Of a stretch of 43,938 nucleotides of DNA, positions 26,226 to 34,941 are shown piece by piece (positions within the stretch are counted from its first letter, which is position 1; each line of letters starts with the position of its first letter). The position numbers and the translations under genes were made by a program. The stretch comes from Candidatus Niyogibacteria bacterium (GTDB taxonomy: Bacteria > Patescibacteriota > Minisyncoccia > 1-14-0-10-42-19): the NCBI GenBank assembly GCA_016204155.1, contig JACQLG010000063.1, positions 1 through 43,938 on the forward strand, in the 5' to 3' direction. The notes under the pieces were generated by a model. That model saw only the letters and a list, made by a program, of their open reading frames with translations. It searched no databases and was not told where the DNA came from.

Positions 26226-26921
26226 ATGGACTTTGACAACACACTCATTGACGCATTAGCGCCAAAAGCGCGAATCCTTGTGATAACAGGCGCCGGCATC
26301 TCAAAGGCAAGCGGCCTCGATACGTATCGAGGAGTCGGCGGAATATGGAACACAATTGACTATGAGAAAGTGGCGACAAAAGAAGCATACAACAATAATC
26401 CGAAAGAAATTGCGGAGTACTGGAAAAAGATGAAAACAGATTGCGAAAAAGCAGAGCCTAACTCTGCACATATAACTCTCGCTGAAATGGAAAAGTTTTA
26501 TTCGAAATTTCAGATTATCACGCAAAACGTTGACGAGTTACATCAACGCGCAGGAAGCAAAAACGTCCTTGAAATTCATGGATCGCTCTTTCGTGAACGA
26601 CAAGATGCACACAACGTAGGGATGCCTGATATAGTATTATACCGAGAGCAATATTCACCAACCGTTCTGAATACAATTATTCAATTTTTAAACACTATCA
26701 GACCGCAAGCCATGATCGTTATAGGAACATCATGTGCGATCCCACTCATTGGAGAAATAATTATGCAATCACAATTGTTTAAAAGTACAGTTATAGAAAT
26801 CAATATTGAACCGACTATTCCTTCCTTTGCCGTATGGAAAAAAATTGAGTTAAAAGGGAAAGCAGAAGAAGTGCTGCCTGCATTATGGGGCGCTATAAAA
26901 GAAAAATATCAAAACACCTAA
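26226..26921 (+). CDS. Sir2/CobB-family NAD-dependent deacylase lacking the Zn-binding subdomain
   Basis: TGAGISKASG, PNSAH, ITQNVDELH.RAG, EIHGS, IGTS, EIN; no CxxC pairs. SD GGAGG. Confidence 0.85.
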   Translation: MDFDNTLIDALAPKARILVITGAGISKASGLDTYRGVGGIWNTIDYEKVATKEAYNNNPKEIAEYWKKMKTDCEKAEPNSAHITLAEMEKFYSKFQIITQNVDELHQRAGSKNVLEIHGSLFRERQDAHNVGMPDIVLYREQYSPTVLNTIIQFLNTIRPQAMIVIGTSCAIPLIGEIIMQSQLFKSTVIEINIEPTIPSFAVWKKIELKGKAEEVLPALWGAIKEKYQNT

Positions 26922-26975
26922 GAAATAACAGAGTGATAAATAAAAATCTCCACCCCATATTATTATAGAAGATAC

Positions 26976-27015
26976 AAAAACCCCAGTTTCTTTAAAAGAG
27001 AAACGGGGTATTTTT
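26976..27015. terminator. Bidirectional terminator
   Basis: AAAAA-CCCC(A)GTTTCT...AGAAACGGGG-TATTTTT between convergent genes. Confidence 0.6.
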
Positions 27016-27036
27016 ATTGCAATGAGTATTGATGTT

Positions 27037-27663
27037 TTAAAAAACGGCGACCTGCCACGTCCCATGTGACAAAATCTCTATTCGTATCTCGTTATAAGTC
27101 GCACCCAAAGCCTTGCTCATCCTATCTACCTTGTCTTGCAGTTGCATCGCTCGAGCGCCATATCGACATATCAAAACAAAAAACTCAGGACCATAATCAG
27201 GACTAGTTGTGATTTGGAGGATATATTTCAACATCTTCACTTCTGCTTCCTGAAGCCTACATAAGAAATTCTCGACTTCACTCTTTATCACGTCAGACCA
27301 CTCCATAAGGCACACTCCGCATGTTTCGTCATCGTCTGGCGACTGGGATGGTTGCCTAAATATAAGAGGGTGATCGCAATTCGACTGCAAAGACTTTAAT
27401 TGCTGCCGAATCTCGCGAAGTTTCTTCTCAACTTCCATGCGTTTCTCGCGTAAATTATTGATGTATTGTTGGGTATTATTCTCATCTTTCCCTGTCCAAA
27501 TGATTTCTTCACAGCCAGAACAAAATATTGTCTCTTGTTCACGGACTAAAGCCAGCGGAGGATGACTACATCTCATCTTAAGATCATGCGCTTTCCGTGC
27601 GTAGTCTTTTCCCTGTTCTGCAAGGTTAATCGCTAACCCATTGATAATTACATTCTCGTTCAT
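27037..27663 (-). CDS. Hypothetical protein with two CxH...CxxC motifs separated by a coiled coil
   Basis: CSHP...CSGC and CDHP...CGVC. Confidence 0.65.
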   Translation of the reverse strand: MNENVIINGLAINLAEQGKDYARKAHDLKMRCSHPPLALVREQETIFCSGCEEIIWTGKDENNTQQYINNLREKRMEVEKKLREIRQQLKSLQSNCDHPLIFRQPSQSPDDDETCGVCLMEWSDVIKSEVENFLCRLQEAEVKMLKYILQITTSPDYGPEFFVLICRYGARAMQLQDKVDRMSKALGATYNEIRIEILSHGTWQVAVF

Positions 27664-27789
27664 ATATAACCCCCTTAATGTTTATCAATATCTTTAGAAA
27701 GGATATCAAATAACCTCAATCTCGTCAATCTAACCAACCTCTTAACTTTTTATTTCTTTATATTTGCAGATATTTCCAGATTTTTGTCA

Positions 27790-27820
27790 AAAGTGTCAAA
27801 AGTCCGACTTTTGACACTTT
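27790..27820. repeat. REP-like palindrome, copy 1 (overlaps the transposase stop)
   Basis: AAAGTGTCAAAAGTC-C-GACTTTTGACACTTT. Confidence 0.85.
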
Positions 27821-28475
27821 AGAGATCGATTAAATATTCCTCGGAGATATTCTTCTTAATCGGCGTTTCCTCTATAAAACGCTGATATTCTTTGCCGCTC
27901 TTGAATTGATCAAGGACCAACGATGGGCTCAAAAAATTTCCCCACCTATTTTCTTCTACGTAATCTTGGTAACTCGACCATGGATATTGAATTTCTTTAT
28001 TGCGCCATTTTGTTAATTCGCGGGGATTTAAATGAATGTAGGCCGAAAGATACTGCAAATATTCGTCTCTATCGATATGAACGGCTTGAAATGCACCGCC
28101 GAATAGATGGCCGGTGCGTTTATACTTTATGTTGAAATATTTTGTATACGCAGTTAAAAGCCGCTGCATAAATCGAGAAATACTACCCTCTTTTAACTCA
28201 TCTAAAATCAAATGAAAGTGGTTAGGCATAAGACAAAAACTAACAAGCCCTATGTACTTTGTTTCTACAACCTCTTGAAAGATATCTTTGTCAAAAGTCC
28301 GACTTTTGACAAAAGGGACTAAACGACCAATCTGCGGAAATATTATTTCTCCCTGCAATAAAAATAAAAGGGAAAGAAAACGCCATCTGTCATGATCATT
28401 AAGATAGACTAATCGCTTCTCTACTCCACGATTATATACATGATAATATTCCCCTTCCGCAAAATTTCTCTCCAT
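27819..28475 (-). mobile_element. Y1/HUH tyrosine transposase (IS200-like / REP-associated RAYT)
   Basis: YHVYNRG, CLMPNHFHL (HUH), YTKYFNIKY.RTGHLF, YIHLNP, YPWSSY; flanked by palindromes. Confidence 0.92.
28287..28313. repeat. REP-like palindrome, copy 2 (in-frame inside the transposase ORF)
   Basis: TTTGTCAAAAGTC-C-GACTTTTGACAAA; encodes FVKSRTFDK. Confidence 0.85.
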
Positions 28476-28500
28476 AGAACTATTATCGCTTCACAAACGA

Positions 28501-28531
28501 AAAATGTCAAAAGTCGGACTTTTGACATTTT
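28501..28531. repeat. REP-like palindrome, copy 3 (upstream, opposite polarity)
   Basis: AAAATGTCAAAAGTC-G-GACTTTTGACATTTT. Confidence 0.85.
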
Positions 28532-28538
28532 GATAATT

Positions 28539-29879
28539 TTAGGATAAACGCAAATATCTCCAGATTTTCCAGATATCTCCTGCGCCCATAACAACCACAA
28601 TATCATTATTACGAACTGTTTTTTTTAAGAATCGGGCGGCATCCTTAAATGACGGCATATACAATGCTGGCGTTTTTTGTTTTATGATCGCGCGCGCAAG
28701 CTTTTGAGAATTTACTTCTTTCTTCAAACTCGCCGTCTCACGCCCCGCTACACTATAGATGTCGAGCATTATGACGCCGTGCGCGCTGCTAAACGCTTTC
28801 GTAAAATCGCGGAAGAGATATTTCGTGCGCTGATATTGATGCGGCTGATAAACGCACCACAGCTTCCCTCTCTGCAATCGCTTTCTATATTTTTGGCGTA
28901 CTCCGGTAAGCGTCGTTTGAATTTCTGTCGGATGATGGCCATAATCGTCATACACAAATGCGCCGTTCAATTTCCCCTTATATTCCATCCGCCTTCCAAC
29001 GCCTGAAAACCTCTTAAGCGTCTGCCAAAAAATATAATCAGGGATACCGAGAATATGCGAAAGCATGAATACGGCAAGCGCATTTGATACATTATGCTCT
29101 CCACAAAGCTTCATAGTATGGCGTATTTTTTCTGCCGCTTTTTTTTCTGAAAACGAATAATATATTGTATGACGCACGCCGCAGGAAACAGCAATCTTTT
29201 TTATCTCTGCGTCATCTTTGTTCGCAATAATATATCCTTTCTCCGGGACGCGTGCAAGAAAACGGCGAAAATGAGCAAGGGTCTGCTTGAATGTCCTAAA
29301 GTAATCAATATGCTCCCATTCCACAGATGTCCAAATCACAACATCCGGATGATAGTGTAAAAATGACCCCTTATATTCATCCGCTTCAATAACCAAGAAA
29401 TGTGAATCGCCGTATAAAAAATTTGAGTTATGGAATTCCGGGACTGTTGCGCCGACAATAACAGTCGGATCAAGCCCTGCGTGCTTCAATAAAACGCCGG
29501 CAAAACCGGTGGTGGTACTTTTACCATGCGTCCCGCAAATTGCAATTGTGTATTTTTCTTTTGTAAGTTCGCCAAGCGCTTCAGGATAGCTCCGAAGAAC
29601 AACTCCACGCTTTTTTGCCTCGCGGATCTCCGGATTCATATTCCTGCCCGTAATACCCACAGCTTGACTATATATCACATGATCTGCTTTTTTAGGCACG
29701 TTTCCCGCCTCATGCTTTCCTAGATGGACAAGAATCCCTTTCTTGCGGAGCATTGCGATAATGGGAGATGGCGCCTCATCCGAACCCGAAACGCGCCATC
29801 CTTCATGCAAATACCACTGCGCAAGCGCGCTCATGCCGATGCCGCCGATGCCGATAAAGTGAACTGATTTTTTTGTCAT
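28539..29879 (-). CDS. murC: UDP-N-acetylmuramate--L-alanine ligase
   Basis: HFIGIGGIGMSALA, GTHGKSTTT, EADEY, DDYGHHPTEI, YQPHQY.RT, MGAGDI. Confidence 0.93.
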   Translation of the reverse strand: MTKKSVHFIGIGGIGMSALAQWYLHEGWRVSGSDEAPSPIIAMLRKKGILVHLGKHEAGNVPKKADHVIYSQAVGITGRNMNPEIREAKKRGVVLRSYPEALGELTKEKYTIAICGTHGKSTTTGFAGVLLKHAGLDPTVIVGATVPEFHNSNFLYGDSHFLVIEADEYKGSFLHYHPDVVIWTSVEWEHIDYFRTFKQTLAHFRRFLARVPEKGYIIANKDDAEIKKIAVSCGVRHTIYYSFSEKKAAEKIRHTMKLCGEHNVSNALAVFMLSHILGIPDYIFWQTLKRFSGVGRRMEYKGKLNGAFVYDDYGHHPTEIQTTLTGVRQKYRKRLQRGKLWCVYQPHQYQRTKYLFRDFTKAFSSAHGVIMLDIYSVAGRETASLKKEVNSQKLARAIIKQKTPALYMPSFKDAARFLKKTVRNNDIVVVMGAGDIWKIWRYLRLS

Positions 29880-29928
29880 TATTTTTATTTTACTCGCCAA
29901 AATGAAAAATGACTACTTTTACAAACAG

Positions 29929-29956
29929 TTGACAGGATTTGCCGCCGTGCTATACT
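29929..29956 (+). promoter_or_regulatory. Sigma70 promoter for secG (probably leaderless transcript)
   Basis: TTGACA-16nt-TATACT with TGn extension; ATG 7 nt after the -10. Confidence 0.65.
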
Positions 29957-29963
29957 ACAAGAA

Positions 29964-30188
29964 ATGCAAGTAATTACGGCACTCCTGCCTTATCTTCAGA
30001 TACTTATATCTGCGCTTCTCGTAATAGCAATCCTTCTCCAGCAGCGCGGCACGGGGCTTGGCGCGGCTTTTGGCGGTGAAGGAAATATTTATCGGACAAA
30101 GCGCGGATTTGAGAAAACGCTTTATCGCGGAACTATTGCGCTTGCGGTGCTATTTTTTGGAACAGCATTCCTTCAATTGCTTCTCTAG
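29964..30188 (+). CDS. secG: Preprotein translocase subunit SecG
   Basis: ILLQQRGTGLGAAFGG...RTKRGFEK, two TM helices. Confidence 0.92.
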   Translation: MQVITALLPYLQILISALLVIAILLQQRGTGLGAAFGGEGNIYRTKRGFEKTLYRGTIALAVLFFGTAFLQLLL

Positions 30189-30199
30189 ATTATTATTCT

Positions 30200-31972
30200 G
30201 TGAAAAAAATCTTCTCATTTCTGGGACGGCGGTATGATCCGCCATCCCCTCTCGAAATACAGGCGATCATCCGACGCTTCAGCCGAATTGAACAAGCGGT
30301 ATTTCTCTTTTTCGTCATCCTTCTTCTTATGGGCGTTGCAGGGCTTGTCTGGGGGATCAATAATACATTCTCAAAAGAAGCGCCTGCGAATCGCGGTACA
30401 TGGCGCGAAGGTGTTGTCGGACTTCCTCACACGACAAATCCGCTTCTTGCCCTATCAGATACTGACCGCGACCTGATATCGCTCATATACGCGGGGCTTA
30501 TGCGTCCGGACGGCTTGGGCCGCCTGCAAAACAGCCTCGCGGAAAATTACACTATTTCTCCCGACGGCCTTGTCTATACATTTATTCTTAAAGAGAACCT
30601 AACGTGGCAGGATGGAAAACCGTTCACTACAAACGATATTGCATTCACCATCGCTCTTGCGCAAAACCCGGAGCTCAAAAGTCCGGTGCGCGCAAGCTGG
30701 GAAGGTGTCAATGTAGCAATTAAAAATGACCGCGAAATTGAATTTCGGCTCGAACAAACCTATGCCCCTTTCCTTGAGAATACGACGCTCGGAATCCTAC
30801 CGAAACATATTTGGAATGGCATCCCCATAGAACAGCTCAGTTTATCCAAGTTCAACATTGAGCCAGTCGGCGCAGGACCTTACAAAGTTAATGCCATAGA
30901 ACGGAATTCATCGGGGATTATCACAAAATATGTACTTCAAGCATTTAAGGATTATGCTTTGGGAGAACCTTTTATCTCATCTTTTGAATTCAGGTTCTAT
31001 CCGTCAGAACGATCGCTTCTGGCCGCATTTGAAAAAAGAGAAATAAACGGCATTGCAGGAATATCGCCCCAGCGTCTGCCTGATGCCGAACATCAGTGGA
31101 CAACGTTGCACGCTCTGACATTGCCGCGCGTATTCGGAATATTCTTCAACCAAAACAAAAAAGATGCCTTCAGCAAACAAGAAATACGCGAAGCCCTTAG
31201 ACGCGCCGTGGATCGGGAACGAATCACGAAAGAAGTATTCGGCGGATTTGCAAAATCTCTTTTTTCTCCCATTCCGCCGGGAACATTGGGCGCGCTTGAT
31301 ATAGCAAACGATCCTTCTTTTGTTTCTATGTCGTCTCCGGAAGAAGCGCTCCGACTTTTCGAACGGAACGGATGGTCGCAAAAAATTCCCGGCGAGAATA
31401 AAGATATGCCGACAAACACAACAAAACTCACAAATAAGAAGGGAGATATATTCCGTTTTACTCTTGCAACATCAAACGTACCCGATCTTGTGCGTACCGC
31501 GGAACTCCTGAAAGAAATGTGGGGAGCGCTGGGCATAGAAGTGGAACTCCGGATATTTGAGGCAAGCGACCTGAACCAAAACGTTATTCGTCCAAGAGAA
31601 TACGAAGCGCTCCTGTTTGGAGAAATTGTGGGACGCGATCCCGATCCATTTTCATTCTGGCATTCCTCACAACGGAATGATCCGGGCCTAAACATTGCGC
31701 TGTATACCAATGCAATGGTTGATACCCTGCTTGAAAAAGCGCGGATGCTTTCTGACGAAGCGGAACGAAAAGAAAAATATGAAGCATTCCAGAAAGAAAT
31801 CATACGGGACGATGCCGCGATTTTTCTTTATTCTCCTCTTTATCTCTATATAACAGATAACAGATTAAAAGGATTTAACACGGAGAACATCACTGTTCCT
31901 GCGGAGCGGTATGCGAATATTCATGCATGGTATCTCCACACAAAAAAGGTATTTTCATTTTTCAATCTCTAA
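30200..31972 (+). CDS. Peptide ABC transporter substrate-binding protein (family 5), N-terminal TM anchor
   Basis: YTISPDGLVYTFILK, WQDGKPFT, PVGAGPYK, REALRRAVDR; no permease genes nearby. Confidence 0.9.
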   Translation: MKKIFSFLGRRYDPPSPLEIQAIIRRFSRIEQAVFLFFVILLLMGVAGLVWGINNTFSKEAPANRGTWREGVVGLPHTTNPLLALSDTDRDLISLIYAGLMRPDGLGRLQNSLAENYTISPDGLVYTFILKENLTWQDGKPFTTNDIAFTIALAQNPELKSPVRASWEGVNVAIKNDREIEFRLEQTYAPFLENTTLGILPKHIWNGIPIEQLSLSKFNIEPVGAGPYKVNAIERNSSGIITKYVLQAFKDYALGEPFISSFEFRFYPSERSLLAAFEKREINGIAGISPQRLPDAEHQWTTLHALTLPRVFGIFFNQNKKDAFSKQEIREALRRAVDRERITKEVFGGFAKSLFSPIPPGTLGALDIANDPSFVSMSSPEEALRLFERNGWSQKIPGENKDMPTNTTKLTNKKGDIFRFTLATSNVPDLVRTAELLKEMWGALGIEVELRIFEASDLNQNVIRPREYEALLFGEIVGRDPDPFSFWHSSQRNDPGLNIALYTNAMVDTLLEKARMLSDEAERKEKYEAFQKEIIRDDAAIFLYSPLYLYITDNRLKGFNTENITVPAERYANIHAWYLHTKKVFSFFNL

Positions 31973-31981
31973 ACCCCTTGG

Positions 31982-32064
31982 GGGCGAGTGGCGGAACTTG
32001 GCAGACGCGTACGCTTCAGGAGCGTATGGGGAAACCCGTGGAGGTTCAAATCCTCTCTCGCCCA
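31982..32064 (+). tRNA. tRNA-Leu(CAG)
   Basis: GGGCGAG...TACGC-TT[CAG]GA-GCGTA, long variable arm, GGTTCAAATCC, CTCGCCCA. Confidence 0.92.
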
Positions 32065-32072
32065 CATTAATA

Positions 32073-32108
32073 AATTACTAATCACTAATAACTTAATAAC
32101 TAATAATT
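32073..32108. repeat. Degenerate heptamer tandem repeat AATHACT x5
   Basis: AATTACT AATCACT AATAACT T AATAACT AATAATT. Confidence 0.7.
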
Positions 32109-32113
32109 CAATC

Positions 32114-33913
32114 ATGATGGTTCCACAACGAAAAACATCCGGACAATCTGCATCCCGCCATAGAGACGGGCGGCATTCGTATGCAGAACACCAGCCGATG
32201 CAAAAACGGCGTGGGCAGGAGATGCGCCATTCAATCAAACGCCCCCACGACAACAAACTCCGTTTTATCGCCCTTGGCGGATTGGGAGAAATCGGAAGAA
32301 ATATGATGCTCCTTGAATATCAGGATGACATTATCATTATTGATATGGGACTCCAATTCCCCGGGGAGGAAACGCCGGGAATTGACTATATCATTCCGAA
32401 TATCTCATATCTGAAAGATAAAACAAAGAACATTCGCGGCGTACTGATCACCCACGGGCATTATGACCATATCGGCGCAATTCCGCAGCTTATCGGAAAG
32501 CTGGGCAACCCGACGATCTATGCGACCCCGCTTACTGCAGCGATTATCAAAAAGCGTCAGATTGACTTTCCTCACGCGTCAAAACTCAACATTGAACATA
32601 TTAACGAAACAACGGTCACAAAACTCGGTGTATTTAGCGTGCGCTATTTCCCGGTGATGCATAACATCCCGGAAGGAATCGGCATGGAAATAGAAACCCC
32701 GATCGGTATTATCGTACATCCGGGAGAATTTAAATTCTATTACGACAGAAACAATAACCCTGTCGGACTTGAAGCATTCAAAGAACTCGGAAAGAAAAAA
32801 CCCCTTCTTCTTATGCTTGACAGCACAAAATCGGAAGAGCCGGGACGTTCAATGCCCGAATGGCAAGTTGAGGAAAATATCGAAGAATTGCTGCGCAATG
32901 CGAAAGGCCGGGTCATTGTCTCAACATTTGCGTCTCTCCTCGATCGACTAACGCAGATTATCCATATCGCGGATAAACTGGAGAGAAGAGTCGCCATCAC
33001 AGGCAGAAGCATGGAAGCGAATTTCGCAATAGCAAAAGAGCTCGGGCTTGTGAAAATAAAAAAAGAGACAATAATTCCCATTAAAGAAATAGGCAAATAC
33101 AAAGATGAGAAAATCCTTATCATCACCACAGGCGCACAAGGAGAAGAAAATGCTGGGCTAACAAGGATGGCTGCAGGGACGCACCGCGACGTACATGTTC
33201 GAAAAAACGATACGGTAATATTTTCATCATCCATAGTCCCCGGAAACGAAATGGCGGTTCAGGTGCTTCGCGATAATCTTTCCCGGCAGGGCGCTACCGT
33301 ATACCACTATAAGATCCTCGGGATACATTCGGGAGGACACGCGACGCGCACGGAATTAAAAGAAGCAATCAACATTATCAAACCGAAATTTTTTCTTCCC
33401 ATTCATGGTTTCTACTACATGAGGCAAGTAAACGCAAAACTTGCCGAAGAAGAAGGCGGCATCCCTGCACACAATATCGTAGTTGGCGAGAACGGCCAGG
33501 TAATTGAAATAACTCCGGAGAGCATCCAATTAACGAAGGAATTCGTTCCGACAAGCCATGTTATGGTGGACGGGCTTGGCGTGGGAGATGTTGGCGAAGT
33601 GGTGCTTCGCGACCGCCAGGCACTATCAGCCGACGGCATTTTTGTCATCATTGCGGTCGTTGACAGCCAAACCGGAAAGGTGCGCGGCTCGCCAGATATT
33701 ATTTCACGAGGGTTTATTTATCTCCGCGAATCAAGAGAACTTCTCTATCACGCACGCCAACTCACCAAAAAAATTATTGAGGACGCAACCCAAAACATGC
33801 ATCCGGTAAACTGGACATGGGTGAAGGATAATGTGCGCGACCGCCTCGGGAAATTTTTGTTTCAAAAGACGGAACGCAGACCAATGGTTCTTCCGGTTGT
33901 GATCGAAGTATAA
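32114..33913 (+). CDS. rnj: Ribonuclease J
   Basis: ALGGLGEIGRNM, THGHYDHIG, TGAQGE, IHSGGH, PIHG, C-terminal RRPMVLPVVIEV. The track start lies inside the tRNA; ATG 32114 is used. Confidence 0.95.
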   Translation: MMVPQRKTSGQSASRHRDGRHSYAEHQPMQKRRGQEMRHSIKRPHDNKLRFIALGGLGEIGRNMMLLEYQDDIIIIDMGLQFPGEETPGIDYIIPNISYLKDKTKNIRGVLITHGHYDHIGAIPQLIGKLGNPTIYATPLTAAIIKKRQIDFPHASKLNIEHINETTVTKLGVFSVRYFPVMHNIPEGIGMEIETPIGIIVHPGEFKFYYDRNNNPVGLEAFKELGKKKPLLLMLDSTKSEEPGRSMPEWQVEENIEELLRNAKGRVIVSTFASLLDRLTQIIHIADKLERRVAITGRSMEANFAIAKELGLVKIKKETIIPIKEIGKYKDEKILIITTGAQGEENAGLTRMAAGTHRDVHVRKNDTVIFSSSIVPGNEMAVQVLRDNLSRQGATVYHYKILGIHSGGHATRTELKEAINIIKPKFFLPIHGFYYMRQVNAKLAEEEGGIPAHNIVVGENGQVIEITPESIQLTKEFVPTSHVMVDGLGVGDVGEVVLRDRQALSADGIFVIIAVVDSQTGKVRGSPDIISRGFIYLRESRELLYHARQLTKKIIEDATQNMHPVNWTWVKDNVRDRLGKFLFQKTERRPMVLPVVIEV

Positions 33914-33930
33914 ACAACTATAATAAGAAC

Positions 33931-34941
33931 ATGGCCGCAGTGAAAGAACAAAAACGCGTTTTCAGCGGGATTCAACCATCCGGCGTCCTTCATATCGGCA
34001 ACTATCTTGGCGCAATAAAACAATTCGTAAAACTCCAATATACCCATAATGCGATTTTCTGCGTCGTGGACGAGCACGCAATCACGGTTCCCCAGAAACC
34101 CCAGGAACTTCGCAGAAACACGCTTAACACCGCAATGTTATATCTCGCGTCAGGCATTGACCCGAAAGAAGCGATTATATTCGTGCAATCCCAAGTTCCG
34201 GCGCACACAGAACTTGCCTGGATCCTCAATACGATAACGCCGCTTGGCGAGCTTGAACGAATGACTCAATTTAAAGATAAGGTGCAATCACAGGCAAAAG
34301 AGGCCGGGGTTTTTGCAGGCCTCCTGAATTACCCGACGCTTATGGCCGCTGACATTCTTTTATATAGAACTGACGCAGTGCCTATTGGAGACGATCAAAA
34401 ACAACACATAGAACTCGCGCGCTCGCTTGCAGAACGTTTCAATAACCATTTCGGCAATACCTTCAGTATGCCTGAACCTCTTATAGAAGAAGATACAGCG
34501 CGCATTATGAGCTTGCAGGACCCTACTAAAAAAATGTCTAAGTCGGACGATAATACAAAAAGCTATATTCATCTGCTTGATACTCCCGATGATATCCGGC
34601 TCAAGATCAAAAGTGCGGTCACTGACTCCGGGAAAGAGATCGTATATGACAGGAAAAAACGGCCCGCAATATCAAATCTTATAAGCATATATCGCGGTTA
34701 TACCAAAATGACATTCAAAGAGATTGAAGATCAATACAAGGAAAAGACGTATGCCGATTTTAAGAATGATCTCGCAGAAGTTATTATCGGAGAACTTGCG
34801 CCTCTCCAAAAGCGCTTCCAAGAACTCTCAGCAGATAAAACGGGATTTGAGCATATACTTCGCGACGGCGCACGCCGCGCAAAAAGTATTGCTGATACGA
34901 CACTACAAGACGTAAAACAAAAGATGGGCTTCTTTATTTAA
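33931..34941 (+). CDS. trpS: Tryptophan--tRNA ligase
   Basis: SGIQPSG.LHIGNYLGA, MTQFKDK, YPTLMAADIL, KMSKS. Confidence 0.97.
   Translation: MAAVKEQKRVFSGIQPSGVLHIGNYLGAIKQFVKLQYTHNAIFCVVDEHAITVPQKPQELRRNTLNTAMLYLASGIDPKEAIIFVQSQVPAHTELAWILNTITPLGELERMTQFKDKVQSQAKEAGVFAGLLNYPTLMAADILLYRTDAVPIGDDQKQHIELARSLAERFNNHFGNTFSMPEPLIEEDTARIMSLQDPTKKMSKSDDNTKSYIHLLDTPDDIRLKIKSAVTDSGKEIVYDRKKRPAISNLISIYRGYTKMTFKEIEDQYKEKTYADFKNDLAEVIIGELAPLQKRFQELSADKTGFEHILRDGARRAKSIADTTLQDVKQKMGFFI

Noticed and set aside
26226..27663. Thoeris/DSR-type SIR2 defence system
   Set aside because: The protein has CobB-type motifs (TQNVD, HGS), no SLOG or long C-terminal domain, and no adjacent TIR gene.
27790..28531. CRISPR array
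   Set aside because: Three palindromes separated by hundreds of bases of coding sequence; no regular spacers and no cas genes.
31988..32113. N-terminal extension of RNase J in the ORF track
   Set aside because: It runs through tRNA-Leu(CAG) and the heptamer repeat.
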